Below, one piece after another: positions 28,949-38,868 of a stretch of DNA of 64,000 nucleotides (the stretch's first letter is position 1; every line of letters begins with the position of its first letter). The notes under the pieces are model-generated. The model made no database searches, was not told the DNA's origin, and was given only the letters and a program-made list of their open reading frames with translations. Source of the stretch: Chlamydiota bacterium (lineage in GTDB: Bacteria; Chlamydiota; Chlamydiia; Chlamydiales; Rhabdochlamydiaceae); the NCBI GenBank assembly GCA_026398435.1, contig JAPLSW010000057.1, positions 17,715-81,714 on the forward strand. Direction: 5' to 3'. A program made the position numbers and the translations under genes.

Positions 28949-29174
28949 ACCATTTATCCAAAAATAATTTTTGATGTTCTTCTACTAGTTTATGTAACGC
29001 ATTCAGTTCTTTTTTTGCAAAACCGATATTTTCTGCTATAGAGACTTTTTTTAACCAAAATTTTGCAGATAAGTCATCTTTGTCTATGTGAATATGAGGA
29101 GGTTCGTTCGGTTCATTGCTATAAAAATAAAAACGATACGGTCCAATTCTTAAGACTGTTGGCATAAATTCCAT
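28923..29174 (-). CDS. DUF4160-family protein
   Basis: GPYRFYFYSNEPNEPPHIHI...AKFWL matches the DUF4160 pattern. It overlaps the downstream DUF2442 gene by 26 nt. Confidence 0.7.
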   Translation of the reverse strand: MEFMPTVLRIGPYRFYFYSNEPNEPPHIHIDKDDLSAKFWLKKVSIAENIGFAKKELNALHKLVEEHQKLFLDKWYGYFSCKD

Positions 29175-29420
29175 AAAGTAATTTCAAAAAAGATGGTATC
29201 ATCTTAAAGGATATTAAGGAAGATTTCGAAACGAACATTTTCTAGCATTGGGCCCTAAATTTCAGGAAGATCTGTTTTGGGCAATTTCCAGCATATCCAT
29301 ACTCTCTGCTCTAACTCTCTAATTATCATTAATATCTAAATTATTAAATAATTAATTTGAATTTTATCAAAAAGTAATTAATAATGAAGTAAAGAAGATA
29401 ATTACCCTAAGGAGTCCGTT

Positions 29421-29759
29421 ATGGCCACAGCCCGCCCACATCATAAAGAAGATGCAAGCCCCTCTCATAGAGAGATCCTCTCCTTAAGAGACGCTCTTTC
29501 TGCAATTCACGAAAAAATGAAAACACAGGGAAGTTATTGCCCAACTGTGCAAGAGCTTGATCTACATGCTAAAAAAATCATTCATTTTATCGACAAGTTC
29601 CATAAAGAGATCGATAAAACTAAAGCGCACCTGAAAAATGCTATCATTGATCTTACTGAGATCCCCCTCATGCACCCTCAGATGCAACGAGTAGCGATCC
29701 AAACAGCAATTAAGGTCGCCTGCGATAACATCGATAAGTTTTGTAGCAAAACTTACTAG
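29421..29759 (+). CDS. Hypothetical small helical protein (orphan)
   Basis: 112-aa ORF with AAGGAG 7 nt upstream of the ATG and an AT-rich upstream region. Confidence 0.45.
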   Translation: MATARPHHKEDASPSHREILSLRDALSAIHEKMKTQGSYCPTVQELDLHAKKIIHFIDKFHKEIDKTKAHLKNAIIDLTEIPLMHPQMQRVAIQTAIKVACDNIDKFCSKTY

Positions 29760-31549
29760 GAATACTTTTCTTGGTCTGTTGATAAAGACCCTTTATAAAC
29801 AAGGCCTCGCTCAGGATCTAAAGTAACTAATTGCCCTTCTTTCAGTAGAGTTAAAGCCCCTTGCGCACGCGTAATGATAGGAATTCCTAGATTTTTTGCG
29901 ATGTCAAGGGCGCTTTTTTCTGACTTAAGATCATCAGAACGGTTTTGTAGGACAATTCCTATCACATGCTTTAATGCCGGTAGATAATTATCCGCGCATT
30001 TAGAAAGGATTACGATCGAATCTCTCATCCGATCGATAGCTCCCTCTTCAGGATTTAAAAGAATACCGACTTTTCCGTGGATCCTATTACCAAAACCGGG
30101 CTTGCCTCGTACAAGCACATCTCCAATGCTCTCAACCATCATCATATTAGTGGTTCCACTTATACCAAAGGGAGCTCCCGCTGTGATAACAACTAGATCT
30201 CCATAACGGACATATCCCCTATCCATAGCGAATTGACTCACCTTAGCAAAGGCCTCTTTGATATTTTTGCATGGCTCTGGGTCAACAGGAGTGACTCCCC
30301 AATATAGAGCCATTTGATTATAAGTCTTCTCACTGGGCGTCAAAGCCACAACTGGCATTTCTGGGCGGTATTTGGAGATAAGATTTGCGGTAAATCCACT
30401 ATTGGTAAAGGCGAAAATTGCCTTGGCATAAGAGCTATAAGCGGTTTTCACAGAAGCAAAAGAAACCGCCGAGGAGACGTCATTTACCTCTGTCGAAGTT
30501 TCCTTAGAAAGATACTCTTTATAATTAAAATGGAGCTCAGCTTCTTTTATGATGCTTTTCATGATTCTTACCGTCTCTACGGGATAAAGGCCAACAGCTG
30601 TCTCTCCGGAGAGCATCACAGCGGAGGTACTATCATAAATGGCATTGGCGACATCTGAGACCTCAGCCCTTGTTGGACGGGGATTTTTAATCATCGATTC
30701 GAGCATCTGTGTCGCTGTGACCACAGGCTTTGCGCTGTGGTAGCATTTTCTGATCATCATTTTTTGCAGGCTTGGAACTTCTTCTAAGGGAAGCTCTACC
30801 CCTAAATCCCCACGTGCCACCATTATCCCGTCAGCCACAAGAACAATGCTATCAAAGTTATTGATTCCTTGAGGGTTTTCAATCGTGGCAATCACTAGGA
30901 TATCAGGGCGCCCCTCTTTAACAAGAAGTCTTTTAATTTCAATGACATGATCGGCCGAGCGGATAAAGGAAGCGGCAATGATATCGACATCTTGAGTGCA
31001 ACCAAAAGTTATGTCACTAATATCTTGGGCTGTCATGGCGGGAAGATCAATTGCTGCATTAGGGATGTTTACCCCCTTATTGCTCTTAATAAGTCCTGCA
31101 TTTTGGATTTCGATAAGGAGCCCCTTATCCGTTTTTTCAACGACTGTAGAAATAATATACCCATCGTCAATGAGTATATCGGTGCCGACCTCGATATTAG
31201 TAAATACCTGGTGAGGGGTCATCTGAACCCTATGCTCATCACCCTCGACTACTTCTTTTACAAGAAGTAGTCTATGTCCAGGAGTGACCGTAATACCCTC
31301 TGGCTTTACTTTCCCTATACGAATTTCCGGGCCCTTGGTATCTAGCATGATGGCAAGAGGGACTTTTTTATCGGTTCTTGCTTTTTTAAGGCTATTCATC
31401 GTTTTTAGCTGCTCCTCGTGGTAGCCGTGGCTAAAATTAAGTCTTGCGACGTTCATTCCAGCATCTATTAGTTCAACAATCTTTTCGTAAGTATTGACAG
31501 CTGGTCCCATTGTGCAAATGATCTTAGTACGCGTATCCATAGTCTCCAT
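29756..31549 (-). CDS. pyk: Pyruvate kinase with extra C-terminal PEP-utilizer-like domain
   Basis: TKIICTMGPA, NVARLNFSHG, MVARGDLGVE and TQMLESM motifs. The C-terminal ~115 aa resemble the mobile domain seen in Bacillus-type pyruvate kinases. Confidence 0.9.
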   Translation of the reverse strand: METMDTRTKIICTMGPAVNTYEKIVELIDAGMNVARLNFSHGYHEEQLKTMNSLKKARTDKKVPLAIMLDTKGPEIRIGKVKPEGITVTPGHRLLLVKEVVEGDEHRVQMTPHQVFTNIEVGTDILIDDGYIISTVVEKTDKGLLIEIQNAGLIKSNKGVNIPNAAIDLPAMTAQDISDITFGCTQDVDIIAASFIRSADHVIEIKRLLVKEGRPDILVIATIENPQGINNFDSIVLVADGIMVARGDLGVELPLEEVPSLQKMMIRKCYHSAKPVVTATQMLESMIKNPRPTRAEVSDVANAIYDSTSAVMLSGETAVGLYPVETVRIMKSIIKEAELHFNYKEYLSKETSTEVNDVSSAVSFASVKTAYSSYAKAIFAFTNSGFTANLISKYRPEMPVVALTPSEKTYNQMALYWGVTPVDPEPCKNIKEAFAKVSQFAMDRGYVRYGDLVVITAGAPFGISGTTNMMMVESIGDVLVRGKPGFGNRIHGKVGILLNPEEGAIDRMRDSIVILSKCADNYLPALKHVIGIVLQNRSDDLKSEKSALDIAKNLGIPIITRAQGALTLLKEGQLVTLDPERGLVYKGSLSTDQEKYS

Positions 31550-31679
31550 TGAAAAGGCTAAATTTTAAAAAAAATCAGTCTAGCTTCTTCTTGCATATTC
31601 TACAAGATGCGAGCCTTGGATTTTAAAAGCGGCTGCATTAGAATACAGGAGCTAGCAATGCACCTTAAGAAAAGGCTCT

Positions 31680-34600
31680 ATGGAAAAAGATCAGATCGTT
31701 TTAAAAAAAGTACGCGTTCATAACATAAAAAATGAAAGCCTGACCCTCGATAAAAACCAACTGATCGTATTTACCGGAGTCTCTGGCTCGGGCAAATCTT
31801 CCCTTGCCTTCGACACAATCTATGTAGAGGGTCAAAGAAGATACATAGAATCCCTTTCCACCTACGCAAGAAGGCATATGGGAGATCTTCCCAAACCCGA
31901 TGCCGACCTCATTGAGGGGATCTCTCCGACAATTGCCATCGAGCAAAAAACCACAGGAAAAAACCCCCGAAGTACCGTTGGGACGATGACAGGGCTCTAC
32001 GACTTCTTAAGAGTTCTTTTCGCAAGGGTGGGCATTGCCCACTGTCCCGTAAGCGGAGATCCAGTAAAGCCCCAAAGTACAAAACAAATCGCTGAGAAAA
32101 TATTCTCCCTTGCTCAGAGCGATAGGATCATCCTTTTAAGCCCCTTTGCTGAAGGAAAAAAAGGGGAGTTTAAAGAGGATTTTGCAGATCTTATCCGTAA
32201 GGGATATACAAGAGTAAGACTGGATGGCAAGATCATCGACCTTACAGAGGAAATTGCCCTCGATGGGAAAGTGGCTCACGACATCGATGTCGTAATCGAT
32301 AGAATAACGGCCGATGAAGAAAATAAATCTCGTCTTACCGAAGGGATCACAGCTGCCCTTGAGTTTGGTAAAGGTATTGTGAAGGTGCTGCATGTAGAAT
32401 CTAAGGAAGAAACCCTCTACTCTCAGCATGCCTTTTGCAAGGCCTCAGGACTATCGTATGGTCCCTTAGAGCCCTCTGATTTTTCTTTTAACCACCCTCT
32501 CGGAATGTGTCCTGCCTGTCAGGGCCTTGGAATCACCCAAGAGTTCGATGTAGAAAGAGTAATAAATCCTCTTCTTAGCATCTCTGAAGATTGCTGCCAG
32601 GTAGCAAGCTCCTATAAGACGGTACGCTATGGAAACATCTATGACAACTTAGCAAAGATCTATAATTTCAGTGTTACAACACCCTGGAATGAGCTTCCTG
32701 AAAAAGGAAAAAATGCGTTTCTTTACGGTATTGATAGCAAATGGACAAAGATGCTCTTTGTCCATCCCATCAAAAAAACAAGGTGGCATGACTATATCCA
32801 CTGGAAAGGTGTTCTCAATGAAGCTAAAGACAGATTCCAATCAGCACAAAGTGATCTCTATAGAAATAAAATGAAAGAGCTCATGCATGAGGCTCTATGC
32901 CCTGCATGCAAGGGAGCGAAAATCCGTCCCTATCCAGCCGCGACAACCATCGGTGGCAAAAGGATCTATGAGCTCACAAATCTACCGATTGGTGAGCTTT
33001 TAGCATTTGTTGAGTCTCTGTCTTTTGATCCCCTAGAAAAACTTATCGCTGATGAAGTGGTTAAAGAAATTAGAGAAAGGCTTTATTTCTTAAACCAAGT
33101 AGGCCTAAGCTACCTTTCCTTAGAGAGGACAGCACCTACCCTCTCTGGTGGAGAAGGGCAAAGGGTCCGCCTTGCCTCACAGATTGGCTCGGGCCTTGTC
33201 GGCTCTACCTATATCCTCGATGAACCCTCGATAGGTTTGCACCCAAGAGACAACCAGAAGCTTTTACTTACCCTCAAAAATCTTCGAGACAAAGGCAATA
33301 CTGTCATCGTCGTCGAACATGATGAAGAAACTATTGAATGTGCCGATACTGTTGTCGATGTCGGTCCCCTTGCCGGACAGCTGGGAGGAAAAATCATTAT
33401 ACAAGGGACAGTAAAAGAGTTGATGGAGTGTCCCGATTCTTTGACAGGTGGCTACCTATCAGGCAGACTCTCTATACCTATCCCTAAAAAAAGAAAAAAA
33501 CCCTCAAAGAAAAAGATCAAGATCCTAGGTGCGAATCACCACAACTTAAAAAATATCGATGTATCATTTCCTCTGGGTGTTTTTACAGCGGTTACTGGTG
33601 TTTCAGGATCGGGAAAATCATCGCTCGTAATAGACATCCTCTATCCTGCTTTAACCAATCACCTGCACCATGGGAAGATGTCTGTTGGCGCCCATAAAAA
33701 AATAGAGGGCCTTAGTAGTGTCGATAAAATCATTGCTATCGATCAATCTCCCATTGGTCGCACTCCGAGATCTAATCCCGCCACCTACATAAAGCTGTTC
33801 GATGAAATTCGCGATCTATTCTGCCAGCTTCCTGAAAGCAAAGCCTCCGGCTTTGATGCCGGACGGTTCAGCTTTAATGTCAAAGAGGGATCGTGTCCAT
33901 TCTGTGGCGGTATGGGGATGTGCAAGATCGACATGGACTTTATGGAAGATGAGTGGGTAAGTTGCGAGCACTGCCACGGGCAAAGATTCGATTGCAAAAC
34001 TCTCTCTATTCTGTTTAAAGGAAAAAACATTCACGATGTTTTAGAGCTTACCATTGCAGAAGCGGCCTCCTTTTTTTCCTCTATCCCTAAGATCACTGCA
34101 AAACTGGACCTGCTTTTAAAAGTTGGCCTTGACTACCTAAAGCTCGGCCAACCATCACCCACCCTATCGGGAGGTGAGGCCCAAAGAATTAAACTGGCCA
34201 AAGAGCTCTCTCGACCCTCCACCGGAGACACCTTTTACATACTCGATGAACCGACAACTGGCCTTCACTTCCATGACTGTAAAAAGCTCATCGAAGTGCT
34301 CCACTCTCTTGTTGAAAAAGGGAACACTGTGCTCGTCATCGAGCACAATATGGACCTTATTAAAACAGCAGACTGGATAATCGATATAGGCCCGGAAGCG
34401 GGGATGTACGGAGGGACTATTGTCTCTGAAGGAACACCCGAGAAAATTGCTGAAGAAGACTCTCCTACAGGAAGATCCCTAAAGACTGTGTTACATAAAC
34501 GAACATTTCATCCCTCACCGCAAAAAAACTCCTATCCAAAAGTTGAATTTATCGATGTGAAAGGGGCCTGCCAAAACAACCTTAAAAATCTCGATGTGAA

Positions 34601-37340
34601 AATTCCAAGAGATAAGATCACTGTATGTACGGGACCTTCTGGATCCGGTAAAAGCTCATTTGCCTTTGAGACGATCTATGCAGAAGGGCAACGCAGATAC
34701 ATAGAGTCACTTTCTCACTACGCCCGGCAATTTGTAAAGCAGATGCCCAAACCTAAAGTAGAAAGCATAGAGGGGCTGTCTGCCGCTATTGCTATCGAAC
34801 AAAAAAGCCACGCCGGCAACCCCCGAAGCACCATCGGCACGATGACAGAGACGTATGACTACCTGAGAGTGCTCTTTGCCCATCTAGGCACTGCCTACTG
34901 CCCAGAAACAGGGGAACTTATACAAGCCATCAGCAAAGAGTATGTAGTCAATAGACTGCTAGAGCTTCCTGAAAAAACTAAGCTCCATATCATGACTCCC
35001 TATACCCTTGGTAAACAAGAGACCTTTGAGCTAGCTAAAGAAAAACTGCTCCAGCAAGGTTTTTTACGCATACGGCTTAATGGCACTTTTTATGAGCTCG
35101 ATGAAGAAATCTCCTTCGATAAAAAAAGAAGCCAGGAGCTCTTACTTGTGATCGATAGGCTCATCGTATCACAAGATATCCGCAAAAGGCTCTTTGAAGC
35201 CCTCGAGCTTGCAGATAAAATCTCAAAAGGAACCATCATCGTAGCGGCAGATGGTAGCGACATGCTCTTCAACCTCTCCTTTGCAGTAGAGAGCACAGGT
35301 AAATCCTACCCCCCGATTACTCCCCACACCTTTTCTTTTAATACAGAGCAAGGGATGTGTTTAGACTGTTTAGGTTTGGGCTTCCAATATGGGGCGAATT
35401 TTGGAAGTAGCAAAGAGTTAATGGAGCTATCGCCCCTTGATCTTATCTCTTATCTTTGGAAAGAACATGCGACTAAAGAGTCCCTTCAGCTTTTCTTAAA
35501 AATTTTACAAGAGGAAGAGATTGACCCGGATGCCCCCATAGAATCTATGAATGCCTCCCAATTGCAATTTTTCTTCCATGGCGATACCAAAGAAAATTCT
35601 CCGAAGAAAAAAAAGGTCTATTTCCGTTGGAAAGGGATTAATAACACCCTCATCAACTACACAAAATCCCCTCATGGGCAGCTAAGGCCTATCCTTACTT
35701 CGATGATGGAGCAAACTACCTGCCTATCCTGCCAGGGAGCGCGACTCAATCCCCTTGCAAGAAACGTCAAAATCGGGAAAACAACCCTTCCCGATCTTTG
35801 CAAAATGTCTATTGAAAAATCCTCTGTTTTTGTAGACGCGCTAAAGATCTCCTCCCATCTCTTTTTACAAGAGACCCTAGACCAACTTAAAAATCGCCTC
35901 CGTTTCTTACTAGCTATTGGCCTTGGGTATTTAAGCCTTGAAAGAACAGCCCCAACACTCAGTGGTGGAGAAACTCAAAGAATTAGATTAAGCAGGCAGC
36001 TAGGCAGTGGACTTACCGGATGCATTTACGTGCTCGATGAGCCAACAATTGGACTCCATCCCCACAACAATGACCTGCTTAATAAGGCGCTAAAATCCCT
36101 TTGTGATCTGGGCAATACCCTGATCCTTGTAGAACACGATCCCCTAACGATTAAAATTGCCGATCATATCATCGACTTCGGTCCCGAAGCTGGGGTCCAC
36201 GGTGGGATGATCACAGCAGAGGGAAGCCTGCAGCAAATACTAAAAGACCCAAACTCCCTTACCGGAGCGTATCTTAGTGGAAGAAAAAAGATTCCCCTTC
36301 CAAGTTCTAGAAGAAGCTCTGATACCTACTTAACGGTCTTTAATGCCTCAATTCATAACCTGAAAGGATTCGATGTCGATATCCCCTGCCACGCAATCAC
36401 CTGCATCACGGGAGTGTCAGGGGCCGGCAAGTCGACCCTTCTGCTCGACATCATCTGTCCAGCGGTTGTTAAGACCCTTTTATCCAGAAGCAAAGAAGAT
36501 AAGATGCAAATCGGTGCAAGCATCGTAAAAGGGATTTCCAACTTCGACAAGTGTCTAGTTCTCGATCAAAACCCGATCGGTCAGACAAGTAGAGCCGATG
36601 TAAGCACCTATGTAGATGTTCTTACCCCCTTGCGCTACCTCTATGCCTCAGTGCCAGAAGCCAAAACAAGAGGGCTCCAACCGAAACATTTTAGCTTTAA
36701 CCACCGAAAAGGGATGTGTACCGGATGTTTTGGTCTTGGGACCAAAAACATCAGCTTGCAATTCCTCCCTCCCGTAAAGGTTCCTTGCGAGTCCTGCAAA
36801 GGATACCGCCTAAATCCTTTGAGCCTGCAGGTGTATTTTAAAGGCAAGCACCTAGGAGAGGTACTGCAAATGACAGTAGAAGAGGCCCTCTACTTTTTCG
36901 ATGCGATTCCTAAAATCCGAAGGATATTAGACACCCTGGTCTCTGTTGGTCTTGGCTATGTAAAGCTCGGCCAAGAGATATCCACACTTTCTGGTGGTGA
37001 AACGCAAAGGATACGCCTAAGTAGAGAACTTGCAAAACGATCAACCGGTAGAACGCTCTACCTTCTTGATGAGCCCTCCATCGGGCTCCATAGTGAAGAC
37101 ATCGCAAAGCTTGCCAAGATCTTCCAAGAGCTTGCTGACAAGGGCAACACCCTTATCATGGTAGAGCATAATCTCGATCTAATGGCAGCCTCCGATAAGG
37201 TGATCGACATAGGCCAGGATGCAGGAGAAAAAGGAGGAGAGCTTATAGCCCAAGGAACACCGGAAGAGGTGGCACTAAATAAGCGCTCTTATACAGCCAA
37301 ATACCTCAAGGAGCATCTGGAGATGTATAAGTTAAGCTAA
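31680..37340 (+). CDS. uvrA: Excinuclease ABC subunit A, tandem double-length fusion (two complete UvrA modules)
   Basis: Four Walker A sites (GVSGSGKSS x2, GPSGSGKSS, GVSGAGKST) and four LSGGE.QR signatures. Both halves carry the Zn-finger Cys pairs. The second module starts near nt 34540. Confidence 0.95.
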   Translation: MEKDQIVLKKVRVHNIKNESLTLDKNQLIVFTGVSGSGKSSLAFDTIYVEGQRRYIESLSTYARRHMGDLPKPDADLIEGISPTIAIEQKTTGKNPRSTVGTMTGLYDFLRVLFARVGIAHCPVSGDPVKPQSTKQIAEKIFSLAQSDRIILLSPFAEGKKGEFKEDFADLIRKGYTRVRLDGKIIDLTEEIALDGKVAHDIDVVIDRITADEENKSRLTEGITAALEFGKGIVKVLHVESKEETLYSQHAFCKASGLSYGPLEPSDFSFNHPLGMCPACQGLGITQEFDVERVINPLLSISEDCCQVASSYKTVRYGNIYDNLAKIYNFSVTTPWNELPEKGKNAFLYGIDSKWTKMLFVHPIKKTRWHDYIHWKGVLNEAKDRFQSAQSDLYRNKMKELMHEALCPACKGAKIRPYPAATTIGGKRIYELTNLPIGELLAFVESLSFDPLEKLIADEVVKEIRERLYFLNQVGLSYLSLERTAPTLSGGEGQRVRLASQIGSGLVGSTYILDEPSIGLHPRDNQKLLLTLKNLRDKGNTVIVVEHDEETIECADTVVDVGPLAGQLGGKIIIQGTVKELMECPDSLTGGYLSGRLSIPIPKKRKKPSKKKIKILGANHHNLKNIDVSFPLGVFTAVTGVSGSGKSSLVIDILYPALTNHLHHGKMSVGAHKKIEGLSSVDKIIAIDQSPIGRTPRSNPATYIKLFDEIRDLFCQLPESKASGFDAGRFSFNVKEGSCPFCGGMGMCKIDMDFMEDEWVSCEHCHGQRFDCKTLSILFKGKNIHDVLELTIAEAASFFSSIPKITAKLDLLLKVGLDYLKLGQPSPTLSGGEAQRIKLAKELSRPSTGDTFYILDEPTTGLHFHDCKKLIEVLHSLVEKGNTVLVIEHNMDLIKTADWIIDIGPEAGMYGGTIVSEGTPEKIAEEDSPTGRSLKTVLHKRTFHPSPQKNSYPKVEFIDVKGACQNNLKNLDVKIPRDKITVCTGPSGSGKSSFAFETIYAEGQRRYIESLSHYARQFVKQMPKPKVESIEGLSAAIAIEQKSHAGNPRSTIGTMTETYDYLRVLFAHLGTAYCPETGELIQAISKEYVVNRLLELPEKTKLHIMTPYTLGKQETFELAKEKLLQQGFLRIRLNGTFYELDEEISFDKKRSQELLLVIDRLIVSQDIRKRLFEALELADKISKGTIIVAADGSDMLFNLSFAVESTGKSYPPITPHTFSFNTEQGMCLDCLGLGFQYGANFGSSKELMELSPLDLISYLWKEHATKESLQLFLKILQEEEIDPDAPIESMNASQLQFFFHGDTKENSPKKKKVYFRWKGINNTLINYTKSPHGQLRPILTSMMEQTTCLSCQGARLNPLARNVKIGKTTLPDLCKMSIEKSSVFVDALKISSHLFLQETLDQLKNRLRFLLAIGLGYLSLERTAPTLSGGETQRIRLSRQLGSGLTGCIYVLDEPTIGLHPHNNDLLNKALKSLCDLGNTLILVEHDPLTIKIADHIIDFGPEAGVHGGMITAEGSLQQILKDPNSLTGAYLSGRKKIPLPSSRRSSDTYLTVFNASIHNLKGFDVDIPCHAITCITGVSGAGKSTLLLDIICPAVVKTLLSRSKEDKMQIGASIVKGISNFDKCLVLDQNPIGQTSRADVSTYVDVLTPLRYLYASVPEAKTRGLQPKHFSFNHRKGMCTGCFGLGTKNISLQFLPPVKVPCESCKGYRLNPLSLQVYFKGKHLGEVLQMTVEEALYFFDAIPKIRRILDTLVSVGLGYVKLGQEISTLSGGETQRIRLSRELAKRSTGRTLYLLDEPSIGLHSEDIAKLAKIFQELADKGNTLIMVEHNLDLMAASDKVIDIGQDAGEKGGELIAQGTPEEVALNKRSYTAKYLKEHLEMYKLS

Positions 37341-37415
37341 GATGGAAAAATCCAGATTTCACCACTTATAATTCCTACCAAGCTTATTCTTAGAATTTTA
37401 ACATCAAAACCCTAA

Positions 37416-37503
37416 TCACCTAAAACAGATATATGACTATTTTAGGTGAAAATCGAGTTGCCATAAAATCTCCTAAAACGATCATATGTCTATTTTGGGA
37501 GAT
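37416..37503. repeat. Two tandem related hairpins (~52-bp unit) between convergent uvrA and the ATPase gene
   Basis: TCACCTAAAA-n14-TTTTAGGTGA (37416-37449) and ATCTCCTAAAA-n14-TTTTGGGAGAT (37468-37503). The loops are similar (cagatatatgacta / cgatcatatgtcta). Confidence 0.75.
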
Positions 37504-37539
37504 TAGAGGGGGCCTTTTTCTAGGAAAGATGTTTTTCAG

Positions 37540-38868
37540 TTATTCTGTAACATTTAAACGAAAGCGAGGAAAAAGACTGACTGCGTACAAAGGATAATTA
37601 ACAAGTTTTCCATCTAGAGTAAAATTTCTTAAGGAGGCCCTAGACAATACTAAAGGAGCATTTTCTTCTTTTGAAAATTTCCCATCATATACAGTAAGAC
37701 TTTTCTTCTTTTTAGAGAAACCAGCCTTTACCTCAAGAGGGAAAATATGATGTTCTGTGGAAATTACAAAATCCACTTCAGCAATCCCCTCACTTGTCCA
37801 ATAATAGAGTTCATTAAAATGCGTATCATGAAGTTCTATAGCTACAAAATTTTCAGCTAATGCCCCCTTGAATTCCTGAAAAAGTTGATCCCCTTCTAAT
37901 ATAATTCTGGGATCCAACTTGCTCATTGCCCCAAGCAATCCTACATCCAGTAAAAACACCTTAAATGCTTGCTTATCCGCATAAGCATCTAAGGGGAGTT
38001 TAGGAGTCGAAATAAGATTTGCCATAATGATAAGTCCGGCACTCTTTAGCCACTGCAAAGATGTTTCAAATTCCCTAGCCCTAGCGCTTTTGCGAATGGC
38101 TGAAAAAACGAACTTTTTATTCTCTTTAGCCAATTGACTGGGGACCGAGTCCCAGATAGCCATAATTTTCATTACTTCATCTTTTGGTGCATGTTTTGCA
38201 AAGTCTAATATGTAAGCATCGAGAATTTCTTTTTGTACCACTCTAACTTGGCTTAGATCGTCTGTTTTTAAATAGGCAGCAACAGCTTCAGGCATACCCC
38301 CTATAATGAAGTAATATTTAAGAAGGGAGGTTAATTTGTTATGAAAAATTTCCGAGATTGGTTTTGGATGATCGATCTCTTCGAGCATCATAACTAACTC
38401 TTGCTCGCCGATGGCCGTCAAAAATTCGAAAAAATTGAGTGGGGCAAGATCTAGGAAATTCACTTTGCCAACAGGAAATCCTTTCGTTAACTTTACACCT
38501 AGTAAAGAACCGGCTGTAGCCAAATGATACTCATTCTTCTTTTCACAAAAATATTTCAAGGAAGCTAAAGCCTCAGGACACTCTTGAATTTCGTCTAATA
38601 CAATGAGTGTAGAACCGGGCTGGATCTTTTTTTTGAAATAGATGCCCAGTTCTTTAATAATTCTGTCAGGATTTAAATCTTCCTTAAAAATACTTGCTAA
38701 ATGAGGGGTTTCATCAAAATTGATATAAACATAATCCTCATACTCACGCCTGGCAAATTCGGTCAAAATATAGGTTTTACCTACTTGACGTGCACCCCTT
38801 AATACCAAGGGCTTACGCAAATTTGAGCTTTTCCACTGAAGTAAGTTTTTATAAAATTCTCTTTCCAT
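37540..38868 (-). CDS. AAA+ ATPase with DUF4143 domain (COG1373-like)
   Basis: LRGARQVGKTY Walker A, LIVLDEIQ Walker B, and a C-terminal ...EVDFVI....I.PLEVKAG restriction-endonuclease-like block. Confidence 0.8.
   Translation of the reverse strand: MEREFYKNLLQWKSSNLRKPLVLRGARQVGKTYILTEFARREYEDYVYINFDETPHLASIFKEDLNPDRIIKELGIYFKKKIQPGSTLIVLDEIQECPEALASLKYFCEKKNEYHLATAGSLLGVKLTKGFPVGKVNFLDLAPLNFFEFLTAIGEQELVMMLEEIDHPKPISEIFHNKLTSLLKYYFIIGGMPEAVAAYLKTDDLSQVRVVQKEILDAYILDFAKHAPKDEVMKIMAIWDSVPSQLAKENKKFVFSAIRKSARAREFETSLQWLKSAGLIIMANLISTPKLPLDAYADKQAFKVFLLDVGLLGAMSKLDPRIILEGDQLFQEFKGALAENFVAIELHDTHFNELYYWTSEGIAEVDFVISTEHHIFPLEVKAGFSKKKKSLTVYDGKFSKEENAPLVLSRASLRNFTLDGKLVNYPLYAVSLFPRFRLNVTE

Noticed and set aside
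31680-37340. Double-length uvrA as a tandem-duplication assembly artefact
   Set aside because: The two halves differ substantially at both DNA and protein level (different linker and insertion regions), and the junction is an uninterrupted reading frame. This is a genuine fusion and not a collapsed repeat.
37416-37503. Possible CRISPR array or repeat-spacer structure
   Set aside because: There are only two units, the repeats are themselves hairpins with related loops, and no cas genes are nearby. The position between convergent genes fits terminator-like or REP-like elements better.
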